Positions 40,319 to 46,852 of a DNA stretch of 46,852 nucleotides are shown in pieces (the first letter of the stretch is position 1; every line of letters starts with the position of its first letter). A program made the position numbers and the translations under genes. The stretch comes from a virus. The DNA is taken from positions 1 through 46,852 of the IMG/VR virus record IMGVR_UViG_3300019124_000012. One strand, written 5' to 3'. The notes below the pieces were generated by a model. The model did not search any database, was not told the origin of the DNA, and worked only from the letters and a program-made list of their open reading frames with translations.

Positions 40319-42880
40319 ATGCTGCTTGATGCAACCAACTCCGCTTCCGCCACCCTGAATCCTTGGGAGGCTCGTAAGCTCTCTTTTGATCGTCAGAACG
40401 ACCGCAACATCCGCAACAATGGCTATTCCGCCACGGAAGCTGCTCAGGCGATCATCCGCAAGTTCATGGCCGAAACCACGGAGGCCGTGACCAAGGCTCA
40501 GGCTCAGGAGGTGGACTACCGCAACCAGCGGGAACATGAGTTCCAAGAGATCGCCCGTGAGATGGACCCTGAGGTTCTGGCGCTCATTGCGCTGACCGGG
40601 GGCATCCATGCGACCGCTGAGGACATGAACTACACCAACACGGTCCTTCATCTCGGTGAGATGGTTGAGGATGAGGTGTGGGCTCAGGGCCTCTATGCTC
40701 GCGATAAGGTTCTCGCTCGCAACCTTGAGAAGGCTGCTTCCAAGCGCCACGGTCGTGTCTCTGCCCGTAAGCAGGCCGTCAAGAAGATGGCTGCGAAGAA
40801 GGGCTACTCTCAGAAGGCCTGGACCCGCGAGGAGTGGGCTACGGCTGGAGCGTGGCTCTTCAACGTCCTGATCGAGACTTCCGCCTTCATGGCCGTGAAG
40901 CGCACCGACACGAACGACTATGGGACCGAAGAAACCTTCCTCGCCATGACCGAAGAGGCTCTGGCTGTGGGTGAGGCCTTCGTCCAGATGATCCTCGACC
41001 AGTACCCGATCCATCAGCCGCTCCTCAAGAAGCCTGCGCCCTGGAAGGGGCCTGAGAAGGCTCTGGAGTTCGATGGCCGGTCCTACCGTGTTCCCCTGGT
41101 TCGTAAGGACTGCAAGGTTGTTCAGTCTCACGTTGCCAATGCGATCAAGACCGGTCGCATGGATGGCGTTCTGGAGGCCATGAACAACATCGAGAGCGTG
41201 GCCTGGACGATCAACGAGCCCATGCTGGAGCTGGTCGAGTGGGCCTACAACGCGGACCCGCGCTGGGGCGAAGGCTACCGGAAGCGCCTGGAGGGCCTGC
41301 CGCCTCGCCGGAACCTCAAGGAGGTCAAGCTGCCTCAGGACACGGAAGGCAACGATATTCCTTTCGAGATGCTCGATGAGGGCCAGCGCAAGGCCTACCT
41401 GATCGCTCTCGACAAGGAGCAGACCGCGAACCGCGCCTTCAACGGCCAGCGTCGGACCCTTGAGAAGGATCTCGGCACGGCCTGGAGGATCGTGGAGGGT
41501 GGCAACAAGTTCTGGACGCCCTGCAACATGGACTACCGGGGACGGGTCTACTACCTCCCGCAGTTCAACTTCCAGCGCCAGGACTATGTCCGGTCCCTCT
41601 TCCTGTTCGCATCGGGCGAGAAGCTCAACGAGGAAGGCCTCTACTGGCTCAAGGTCCACGTCGCGAACACGGGTGCCTTCGACAAGATGGACAAGGCCCC
41701 CTTCCCTGATCGCGTGAAGTGGGTAGACGACAACATGGAGATGATCCGTGGCGTGGCTGCGGACCCCAAGGGCACCTTTGCCACCTGGGGCGAGGCTGAT
41801 GCTCCCTTCATGTTCGTCGCGGCCTGCATCGAGCTGGTGGCTGCTCTGGATAACCCTGAGTACATCTGCCGCCTGCCGGTCAACTTCGACGGCTCCTGCT
41901 CTGGCCTTCAGCATCTGGCTGCAATGACCCGCTGCGCTCGGACTGCCACCCTGGTGAACGTGAGCCCCACGGAGCGCCCTGGCGACATCTACCGGACGGT
42001 CTGGGAGGCTGTGCTTCCCAAGTTCCAGTGGGATGCCAAGCACGGCGAAGGCGAGACGAAGGTGATGGGCCAGTTGGTGGTCGATCACAACGGAGGTCGC
42101 GGCCTCGTTAAGCGGAACGTGATGGTGTACTCTTACGGCTCCAAGAAGTTCGGCATGGCTGAACAGCATCAGGAAGACCTGATGAAGCCCCTGGAGCTGA
42201 AGGTTCTCCGCAAGGAGCTGAAGGACCATCCGTTCGCCATGCCTGACGAGAAGTTCCCCGGCCAGAAGGTCGCCAAGTATCTCGCAGGGCACATCTTCGA
42301 CACCATCGAGGAGGTGGTCGAGAAGCCTGCCCAGGCCATGAAGTACCTCCAGCACATTGCGAAGGTCATGGCCCATGAGGGCAAGCCGGTGATCTACCAC
42401 ACGCCCCTTGGGTTCCCTGTGGTGATCCGCTGCCCCAATGAGAAGGTCGAACGGGTTCGCCTGTTCCTCCATGATCGCGGTGTGAAGAGCCCCATCAGGG
42501 CTTCGATCACCAAGGACGATGCCGGAATCGATAAGAAGGCTGCGGCCAACACCATCGCTCCTGGCTTCGTTCATTCTTATGACGCATGCCATTTACAGTT
42601 GGTTGCCAATTCCTGTGTGAAGGAGGGCATCCGCGAGCTGGCATTCGTTCACGATAGCTTCGGGTGCCTGCCCAACAAGGCCGGTCGCCTGCGGCAGATC
42701 CTCGTGGAGCAGTTCTATTGGCTCTACGCCATGCACGATGTTCTGGAGGACATCCGCCAGGAAGCTCTCCAGCAACTCGAAACCAACAAGGACAAGCTCT
42801 CTGACTCTTTCGACACTCAGTACGGGAAAGGAGGGCTGAACATCGAGGCTGTTCTTGATGCACAGTACGCATTTGCTTGA
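40319..42880 (+). CDS. Single-subunit DNA-dependent RNA polymerase (T7 gp1-like), 853 aa
   Basis: Motifs DGSCSGLQHLAA, RNVMVYSYGSKKFG and FVHDSFG. The start is uncertain: ATG 40319 was chosen, with ATG 40292 and TTG 40256 as alternatives. Confidence 0.9.
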   Translation: MLLDATNSASATLNPWEARKLSFDRQNDRNIRNNGYSATEAAQAIIRKFMAETTEAVTKAQAQEVDYRNQREHEFQEIAREMDPEVLALIALTGGIHATAEDMNYTNTVLHLGEMVEDEVWAQGLYARDKVLARNLEKAASKRHGRVSARKQAVKKMAAKKGYSQKAWTREEWATAGAWLFNVLIETSAFMAVKRTDTNDYGTEETFLAMTEEALAVGEAFVQMILDQYPIHQPLLKKPAPWKGPEKALEFDGRSYRVPLVRKDCKVVQSHVANAIKTGRMDGVLEAMNNIESVAWTINEPMLELVEWAYNADPRWGEGYRKRLEGLPPRRNLKEVKLPQDTEGNDIPFEMLDEGQRKAYLIALDKEQTANRAFNGQRRTLEKDLGTAWRIVEGGNKFWTPCNMDYRGRVYYLPQFNFQRQDYVRSLFLFASGEKLNEEGLYWLKVHVANTGAFDKMDKAPFPDRVKWVDDNMEMIRGVAADPKGTFATWGEADAPFMFVAACIELVAALDNPEYICRLPVNFDGSCSGLQHLAAMTRCARTATLVNVSPTERPGDIYRTVWEAVLPKFQWDAKHGEGETKVMGQLVVDHNGGRGLVKRNVMVYSYGSKKFGMAEQHQEDLMKPLELKVLRKELKDHPFAMPDEKFPGQKVAKYLAGHIFDTIEEVVEKPAQAMKYLQHIAKVMAHEGKPVIYHTPLGFPVVIRCPNEKVERVRLFLHDRGVKSPIRASITKDDAGIDKKAAANTIAPGFVHSYDACHLQLVANSCVKEGIRELAFVHDSFGCLPNKAGRLRQILVEQFYWLYAMHDVLEDIRQEALQQLETNKDKLSDSFDTQYGKGGLNIEAVLDAQYAFA

Positions 42881-43103
42881 CCTGATCGCCCAGGAGTTCG
42901 GCCTGGACGAACAGGAGATCATCGAACGGTCCCTCCTCGCTCTTGAGGAGGGCACCACAGAAGAGCGGCTTCAGGCCGTTCTTTTGCGTTTGGAGGAGGA
43001 CATTCCGGTCCCGGTGGACCTGGGAGCCTCCCTGATCGCGGAGGGAGTGATCCTGAGCGATCTTGAGGATGAGGAAGCCTACATCGGCTTCTCTTTCGCC
43101 TGA
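42858..43103 (+). CDS. Strongly acidic small protein (81 aa)
   Basis: 20 Asp/Glu versus 3 Arg, counted by hand. Overlaps the RNAP 3' end by 23 nt. Confidence 0.5.
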   Translation: MHSTHLLDLIAQEFGLDEQEIIERSLLALEEGTTEERLQAVLLRLEEDIPVPVDLGASLIAEGVILSDLEDEEAYIGFSFA

Positions 43104-43117
43104 TACATGCCAATTAC
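43100..43117 (+). promoter_or_regulatory. Cassette variant cTGATACATGCCAATTAC downstream of the RNAP gene
   Basis: Lies in the 32-nt spacer and overlaps the preceding stop codon. Confidence 0.35.
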
Positions 43118-43135
43118 AGTACGGATGGAATCACG

Positions 43136-43549
43136 ATGGATTTCAAGATTGGTCAGCGCGTGGTCCTGACAGAGGACTATCGCGCAAGCCCCACCTCCAC
43201 GGCTGCTCGCCCTGGCGCGACGGCCACGGTCAGGGGCTACAAGGAGTACGGCAGTACGCGGTTCGTTGATCTCGTCTGGGATCGCGAGAACGGGCTCGCC
43301 GGTACGCAGATGAATGGCGGCTACCGCCCTGAAGACTTCGTCGCGGACACGAACTCTCGGTTCATTGTGATCCGCGTGAACGGCAAGGGCACCTGGGAGC
43401 CTGCCACCAACCCGCATGTCCACTACAGCCGCGAGAGCGCGGAGAAGGAAGCCCAGAGGCTCGCAGGCAAGGTCGTTGGTTACACCTTCCGCGTCCTTCA
43501 GATGGGCACGGCCTACAAAGGCGTCACAACAGTTCAAGAGGTTGCTTAA
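43136..43549 (+). CDS. Hypothetical protein (137 aa)
   Basis: ORF in operon. Its stop overlaps the next ATG (TAATG). Confidence 0.55.
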   Translation: MDFKIGQRVVLTEDYRASPTSTAARPGATATVRGYKEYGSTRFVDLVWDRENGLAGTQMNGGYRPEDFVADTNSRFIVIRVNGKGTWEPATNPHVHYSRESAEKEAQRLAGKVVGYTFRVLQMGTAYKGVTTVQEVA

Positions 43550-44406
43550 TGCGTCTGACGATCCCTGCGATCATCGGGGCCTTCGTAGGCCTCCTGGGGC
43601 TCTCCGTTGTGGGAGGCTCCTTCTACACCATTGACGAGCGCGAGCGCGGCGTTCTGCTCCGCAATGGCGCGGTCGCGGGTGTGGCTAACCCCGGCTTGGG
43701 CTTCAAGATGCCGTTCATCGACACGGTGCGCGAGATCTCCGTGGAGACGCACAAGGCAGAGTTCAAGCAGCTCGCCGCATACAGCCGGGACCAGCAGCCT
43801 GCAACGATGGTTCTCTCGGTCAACTGGCGCATCGACCCCTCCCAGGTGGTCAGCGTCTACCAGCAGTACCGGGACATCGAGGGCATCGCCCAGCGGCTGA
43901 TCTACCCTCGCGTCAATGAGGCGACCAAGAACGTCTTTGGTGGCTTCAATGCCGTGACGGCCATTCAAGAACGGGCTCGCCTCAACACTGAGGTCCAGCT
44001 CGCGATCACTGAGGCGCTCAAGGGTACCCAGGTGGTCATTGAGGGCGTCCAGATCGAGAACATCGATTTCTCGGATGCCTACGAGGCCTCCATCGAACAG
44101 CGCATGCTCGCTGAGGTCGAGGTCCAGAAGGTTCGCCAGAACGCTGAACGGGAACGGGTGGCGGCTGAGATTGCCGTGACCAAGGCCGCAGCGCAGGCCG
44201 ATGCTCTCCGCAAGCAGGCTCAGGCTGAGGCCGATGCCATCCGCTTGAAGGGTGAAGCGGAAGCCCAGGCGATCCGCGCCCGTGGCGCAGCTCTTCGTGA
44301 CAATCCGCAGCTTGTCGATCTCGTCCAGGCAGAGCGCTGGGATGGCAAGCTCCCGCAAACAATGGTCCCTGGTGGGTCCGTTCCGATGATTGGAGTTAGC
44401 AAATGA
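43549..44406 (+). CDS. SPFH/band-7 (prohibitin-like) membrane protein (285 aa)
   Basis: N-terminal TM IIGAFVGLLGLSVVGG, an SPFH core (FYTIDERERGVLLRNG...), an Ala/Glu-rich coiled coil, and C-terminal AERWDGKLP. Confidence 0.8.
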   Translation: MRLTIPAIIGAFVGLLGLSVVGGSFYTIDERERGVLLRNGAVAGVANPGLGFKMPFIDTVREISVETHKAEFKQLAAYSRDQQPATMVLSVNWRIDPSQVVSVYQQYRDIEGIAQRLIYPRVNEATKNVFGGFNAVTAIQERARLNTEVQLAITEALKGTQVVIEGVQIENIDFSDAYEASIEQRMLAEVEVQKVRQNAERERVAAEIAVTKAAAQADALRKQAQAEADAIRLKGEAEAQAIRARGAALRDNPQLVDLVQAERWDGKLPQTMVPGGSVPMIGVSK

Positions 44407-44636
44407 ACGATCAGTACACCAACCGTCTCTTCAAGGCCGGGGACCGCATCAAGGTCCGTGACAACAAGGAAAGCACCCAGCAGATCGCTGGCATGACCGG
44501 TACTGTCCTGGCGCTCAACCTGTTCGCCCCGGTCTGGTTCGACGTGGAGCTGGATCAGGACGTGCCGATCCCCGGCTACAAGGGTCGCATCGTCCACCTC
44601 TTCGATGAGGAGATGGAGCTTATCGATTTCGCCTGA
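44403..44636 (+). CDS. Hypothetical protein (77 aa)
   Basis: ATGA-coupled to the SPFH stop. Confidence 0.5.
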   Translation: MNDQYTNRLFKAGDRIKVRDNKESTQQIAGMTGTVLALNLFAPVWFDVELDQDVPIPGYKGRIVHLFDEEMELIDFA

Positions 44637-44650
44637 AACAACGTAATTAC
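44633..44650 (+). promoter_or_regulatory. Cassette cTGAAACAACGTAATTAC upstream of the SSB gene (candidate phage RNAP promoter)
   Basis: Core ACAACGTAATTAC is identical to the 1453 and 35855 copies, with an RBS-like GGAA downstream. Confidence 0.5.
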
Positions 44651-44668
44651 GGAAGTACAGGAATACAC

Positions 44669-45208
44669 ATGGCTCAGAAGAAGGAGTACGTAAACCTGAC
44701 CTCTCCCCTGGTCGTCGCTCGGTATCCGAAGCTCGGCCAGCAGGATGTCTATGATGGCAAGGAAGTGGGCTACAAGCTCGGCTGCTTGCCCCACGACGAA
44801 GCTGCCTGGGAGAAGTTCAAGTCGGACATTGAGGAGGCTTCGGAGAAGCTGACCAAGGCCGCAGGCAAGAAGACCGCGAAGTTCACCCCCGTCCGTGAGG
44901 ACAAGGAGGGCAACGAGTACATCGAGTTCAAGAGCTACAAGAAGGTGCCTCTGTTCGCCCCGAAGGGTGGCAAGAAGCTGCCTGAGGGTACGCTCGCGAA
45001 GATCGGTGGCGGCTCGCTCCTGCGGGTTCAGGTGAGCCTCACGTTCTCCAACGGTGGCGTGACCGGCTACATGAACTCCATCCAGCTCGCCAAGCTCGTT
45101 GAGAAGGGCGAAGGCGGCTTTGATGATCTGGACGTGGATGACATCGACGTGCCGGATCAGGGCTTCGACGACGTGGATGAAGGGGATGGCGACGGGCTCG
45201 ATCTTTAA
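44669..45208 (+). CDS. Single-stranded DNA-binding protein (T7 gp2.5-like), 179 aa
   Basis: Position between RNAP and endonuclease I as in T7-like phages, size, and acidic C-terminal tail DDLDVDDIDVPDQGFDDVDEGDGDGLDL. Confidence 0.6.
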   Translation: MAQKKEYVNLTSPLVVARYPKLGQQDVYDGKEVGYKLGCLPHDEAAWEKFKSDIEEASEKLTKAAGKKTAKFTPVREDKEGNEYIEFKSYKKVPLFAPKGGKKLPEGTLAKIGGGSLLRVQVSLTFSNGGVTGYMNSIQLAKLVEKGEGGFDDLDVDDIDVPDQGFDDVDEGDGDGLDL

Positions 45209-45665
45209 GGTCAGCCCAGCCGTAGCTCGTTCCAGAAAGCGCACCCGCAGCGCTCCTGTGCTGATCAGGGCGGTCTACAAGTCCAAACTTGAGGACCAGC
45301 TCGCCCAGCAGCTTGAGGAGCGCGGGGTGCCTTTCGAGTACGAGCCGGTGAAGCTGAAATACACGGTCCCCGCAAAGGTCCACACATACACCCCCGACTT
45401 CGCTCTGGGACCGAAGACAGCCAAACGCCGGATCATCATCGAATCGAAGGGCTATTTCACGCCAGCAGACCGCAAGGTTATTGCATACGTGAAGGAGCAG
45501 CATCCTGATTTAGACCTTCGTATGGTGTTCAGCAGGGCCTCCACGAAGATCCACAAGAACTCCCCGACCACCTACGGCATGTGGTGTGAAAAACACGATA
45601 TACCGTATGCGGATAAGGGAACTATTCCTGAGGAGTGGATCGAGGAGGCCAGAAGCTTGGCTTGA
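45186..45665 (+). CDS. Endonuclease I / Holliday-junction resolvase (T7 gp3-like), 159 aa
   Basis: YKSKLEDQLAQQLEERGVPFEYE...HTYTPDF...IIIESKGYFTPADRKV...HPDLDLRMVFS closely parallels T7 endonuclease I. Confidence 0.85.
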   Translation: MATGSIFKVSPAVARSRKRTRSAPVLIRAVYKSKLEDQLAQQLEERGVPFEYEPVKLKYTVPAKVHTYTPDFALGPKTAKRRIIIESKGYFTPADRKVIAYVKEQHPDLDLRMVFSRASTKIHKNSPTTYGMWCEKHDIPYADKGTIPEEWIEEARSLA

Positions 45666-45702
45666 CGTGATCTTCTGTCCCGCTTGGATAGGAAAGATTA
45701 CC

Positions 45703-45939
45703 GTGAAGAAGAAACCAACACTCGCCACCACTCTCGCGCTGCATCCTCAGACCCGTGTTATCCTGGCACATCTGGAGAAGCGGAAGTCCATTTCTCCTAT
45801 GGAAGCTCTTGTTTCCTACGGCATTTTTCGCTTGTCAGCGCGCATTCATGAGCTTAGAAATTGCGGCTATCAGATCACTACCGAAATCCGGCGTGATGGT
45901 GCTTCAAAGCGATACGCGAGATACCGGTTAGAGGCCTGA
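45703..45939 (+). CDS. Small helix-turn-helix DNA-binding protein (78 aa)
   Basis: ISPMEALVSYGIFRLSARIHELRNCGYQITT fits an HTH pattern seen in small phage regulators. GTG start with GGAAAG upstream. Confidence 0.45.
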   Translation: MKKKPTLATTLALHPQTRVILAHLEKRKSISPMEALVSYGIFRLSARIHELRNCGYQITTEIRRDGASKRYARYRLEA

Positions 45940-45985
45940 TAACAGCTCTGTCTGAACAATCTTTCAGGGTTCAAGAAGAAAGACG

Positions 45986-46231
45986 ATGGGTAACTCGCTT
46001 CACATCACCGACCTTACCAAGAACATCGGGACTACTCATGAAGTGGTCACGCCAAACGGTAGCTTTACTTTCAACGTCACAGCGGATGACCTCAGCTATC
46101 TTCCGGCAATGGTGAAGAAGGCTGAGGAATTTATCCGCAAGTGTGGCTACCCTCACTTCCGCATCACGCAGAAGCAGGACGACCCCTACGATTTCAATCA
46201 GTGGGAATGGTCGAACGATCCGGTTAACTAG
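45986..46231 (+). CDS. Hypothetical protein (81 aa)
   Basis: ORF with downstream hairpin/terminator. Confidence 0.5.
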   Translation: MGNSLHITDLTKNIGTTHEVVTPNGSFTFNVTADDLSYLPAMVKKAEEFIRKCGYPHFRITQKQDDPYDFNQWEWSNDPVN

Positions 46232-46271
46232 ATCCACCATCAAATTTTCCTAACCGCCAACCATGAGGGGG

Positions 46272-46302
46272 CCTCGGAGCAATCCGGGGCCTCTCTCTTT
46301 TT
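46272..46302 (+). terminator. Hairpin CCTCGGA-GCAA-TCCGGGG followed by a T-rich tract
   Basis: 7-bp stem (one G-U pair) with a GNRA loop, then cctctctcttttt. Shares GGAGCAATCC with the hairpin at 11349. Confidence 0.45.
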
Positions 46303-46312
46303 GGAGAACGCC

Positions 46313-46531
46313 ATGCCAAAAATCGAGGTAAGCGACGAGGCCTTTGAGAACATTGTCCTGGGCTATCTCCGGTCCACCGCAGAGACGACCGCAGAAACGG
46401 CTATGGACCTGATCCGCCAGGGCAGTCCCAAGGATTTCGAGATCGAGGACATCCATAACGCGATCACGGACCTGAACGCCCTGAACCGTGTCATCGAGAT
46501 GTTCGGAGGCGATCCGGTCGATCTGCGCTAA
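46313..46531 (+). CDS. Hypothetical acidic protein (72 aa)
   Basis: GGAG lies 7 nt upstream of the ATG at 46313. Its stop overlaps the primase ATG (TAATG). Confidence 0.5.
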   Translation: MPKIEVSDEAFENIVLGYLRSTAETTAETAMDLIRQGSPKDFEIEDIHNAITDLNALNRVIEMFGGDPVDLR

Positions 46532-46852
46532 TGGGTACCTTCGTTCGTCACGCTGAATGCCTCAACCCCAAGTGTGGCTCCAGCGATGGACGAGGTGTCT
46601 ATGAGGACGGAAGCTCCTGGTGCTTCGTCTGTGAAACCTACTTCCACGCTGATGGGGCTGAGGGCGACACCAACCCCCACTTCGACCCCACCACCTTCAA
46701 GTTCAGCAAAGGAGACTACGTAGACATCCCCAAGCGGGGACTGAAGGAAGCCACATGCCGCAAGTACGGCTATCAGGTCGCCAAGGACCGCCATATCGCG
46801 CCCTACCGTGGCGCAAACGGCCAGATCATCGCTCAGAAGATCCGCAAGGCCG
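46531..46852 (+). CDS. DNA primase/helicase, N-terminal Zn-finger part (continues at base 128 of the window)
   Basis: MGTFVRHAECLNPKCGSSDGRGVYEDGSSWCFVCETYF is a gp4-type CxxC...CxxC zinc ribbon. The frame is continuous with 1..1446 through the 127-bp overlap. Confidence 0.9.
   Translation, partial: MGTFVRHAECLNPKCGSSDGRGVYEDGSSWCFVCETYFHADGAEGDTNPHFDPTTFKFSKGDYVDIPKRGLKEATCRKYGYQVAKDRHIAPYRGANGQIIAQKIRKA
46726..46852. repeat. Terminal overlap of the contig, identical to 1..127
   Basis: Exact 127-bp identity, read directly. Confidence 0.95.

Noticed and set aside
40223-42592. 789-aa minus-strand ORF antisense to the RNA polymerase gene. Similar long antisense ORFs lie at 166-1167, 1988-2836, 13570-14592, 17424-18416, 21097-22161, 25259-26590, 29056-30177 and 43546-44358.
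   Set aside because: Each lies entirely opposite a gene with clear catalytic or structural motifs. Their products are low-complexity (Leu/Arg/Gly/Val-rich) with no RBS. These are typical shadow ORFs of high-GC DNA.
46726-46852. 127-bp end repeat interpreted as a physical direct terminal repeat of a T7-like genome.
   Set aside because: It lies in the middle of the primase-helicase reading frame, and both copies are needed once each to make one intact gene. An assembly overlap of a circular or permuted molecule is the simpler reading.

Overview
The window is a complete, circularly closed phage genome of about 46.7 kb. Bases 1-127 are identical to 46726-46852, and this overlap falls inside the primase-helicase gene. 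GC content is high, and no host flanks are visible.

The genome has three parts.

(1) A plus-strand early/replication arm runs from about 35.4 kb, through the wrap point, to 11.3 kb. It carries small early genes, a winged-helix regulator, a tyrosine integrase and a T7-type single-subunit RNA polymerase. It also carries an SPFH/prohibitin protein, a gp2.5-like SSB, T7-type endonuclease I, a gp4-like primase-helicase, family-A DNA polymerase and a ThyX-like protein. The remaining genes are glutaredoxin, a 5'-3' exonuclease, a DUF3310 protein, PhoH, MazG and a large single-chain ribonucleotide reductase.

(2) A minus-strand structural/lysis arm spans 33.4 kb down to 11.66 kb. In transcription order it encodes tail collar fibre, nozzle-like tail protein, internal virion proteins, small and large terminase, portal and scaffold. 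These are followed by a DUF5309-type major capsid protein, adaptor, a 977-aa tail fibre, M15 endolysin, and holin-like and spanin-like proteins.

(3) Two repeat-rich non-coding control regions lie at 33.41-34.34 kb and 39.5-40.3 kb. They flank a cassette that contains the integrase.

The two arms converge on a full-length tRNA-Cys(GCA) and a bidirectional terminator.

The signals most worth follow-up are:
- an oriC-like cluster of three same-strand DnaA boxes with AT-rich and iteron-like repeats
- a 45-bp inverted repeat bracketing the whole control/lysogeny region
- a 13-nt copy of the tRNA-Cys anticodon stem-loop in the integrase-RNAP spacer, a candidate attP core
- imperfect 46-bp direct repeats flanking a 5.3-kb integrase cassette
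- an 18-bp intergenic cassette (ctGAnACAACGTAATTAC), probably the phage RNAP promoter, that in several cases abuts the start codon

All functional calls come from motifs read by eye and from gene position. No database search was run.
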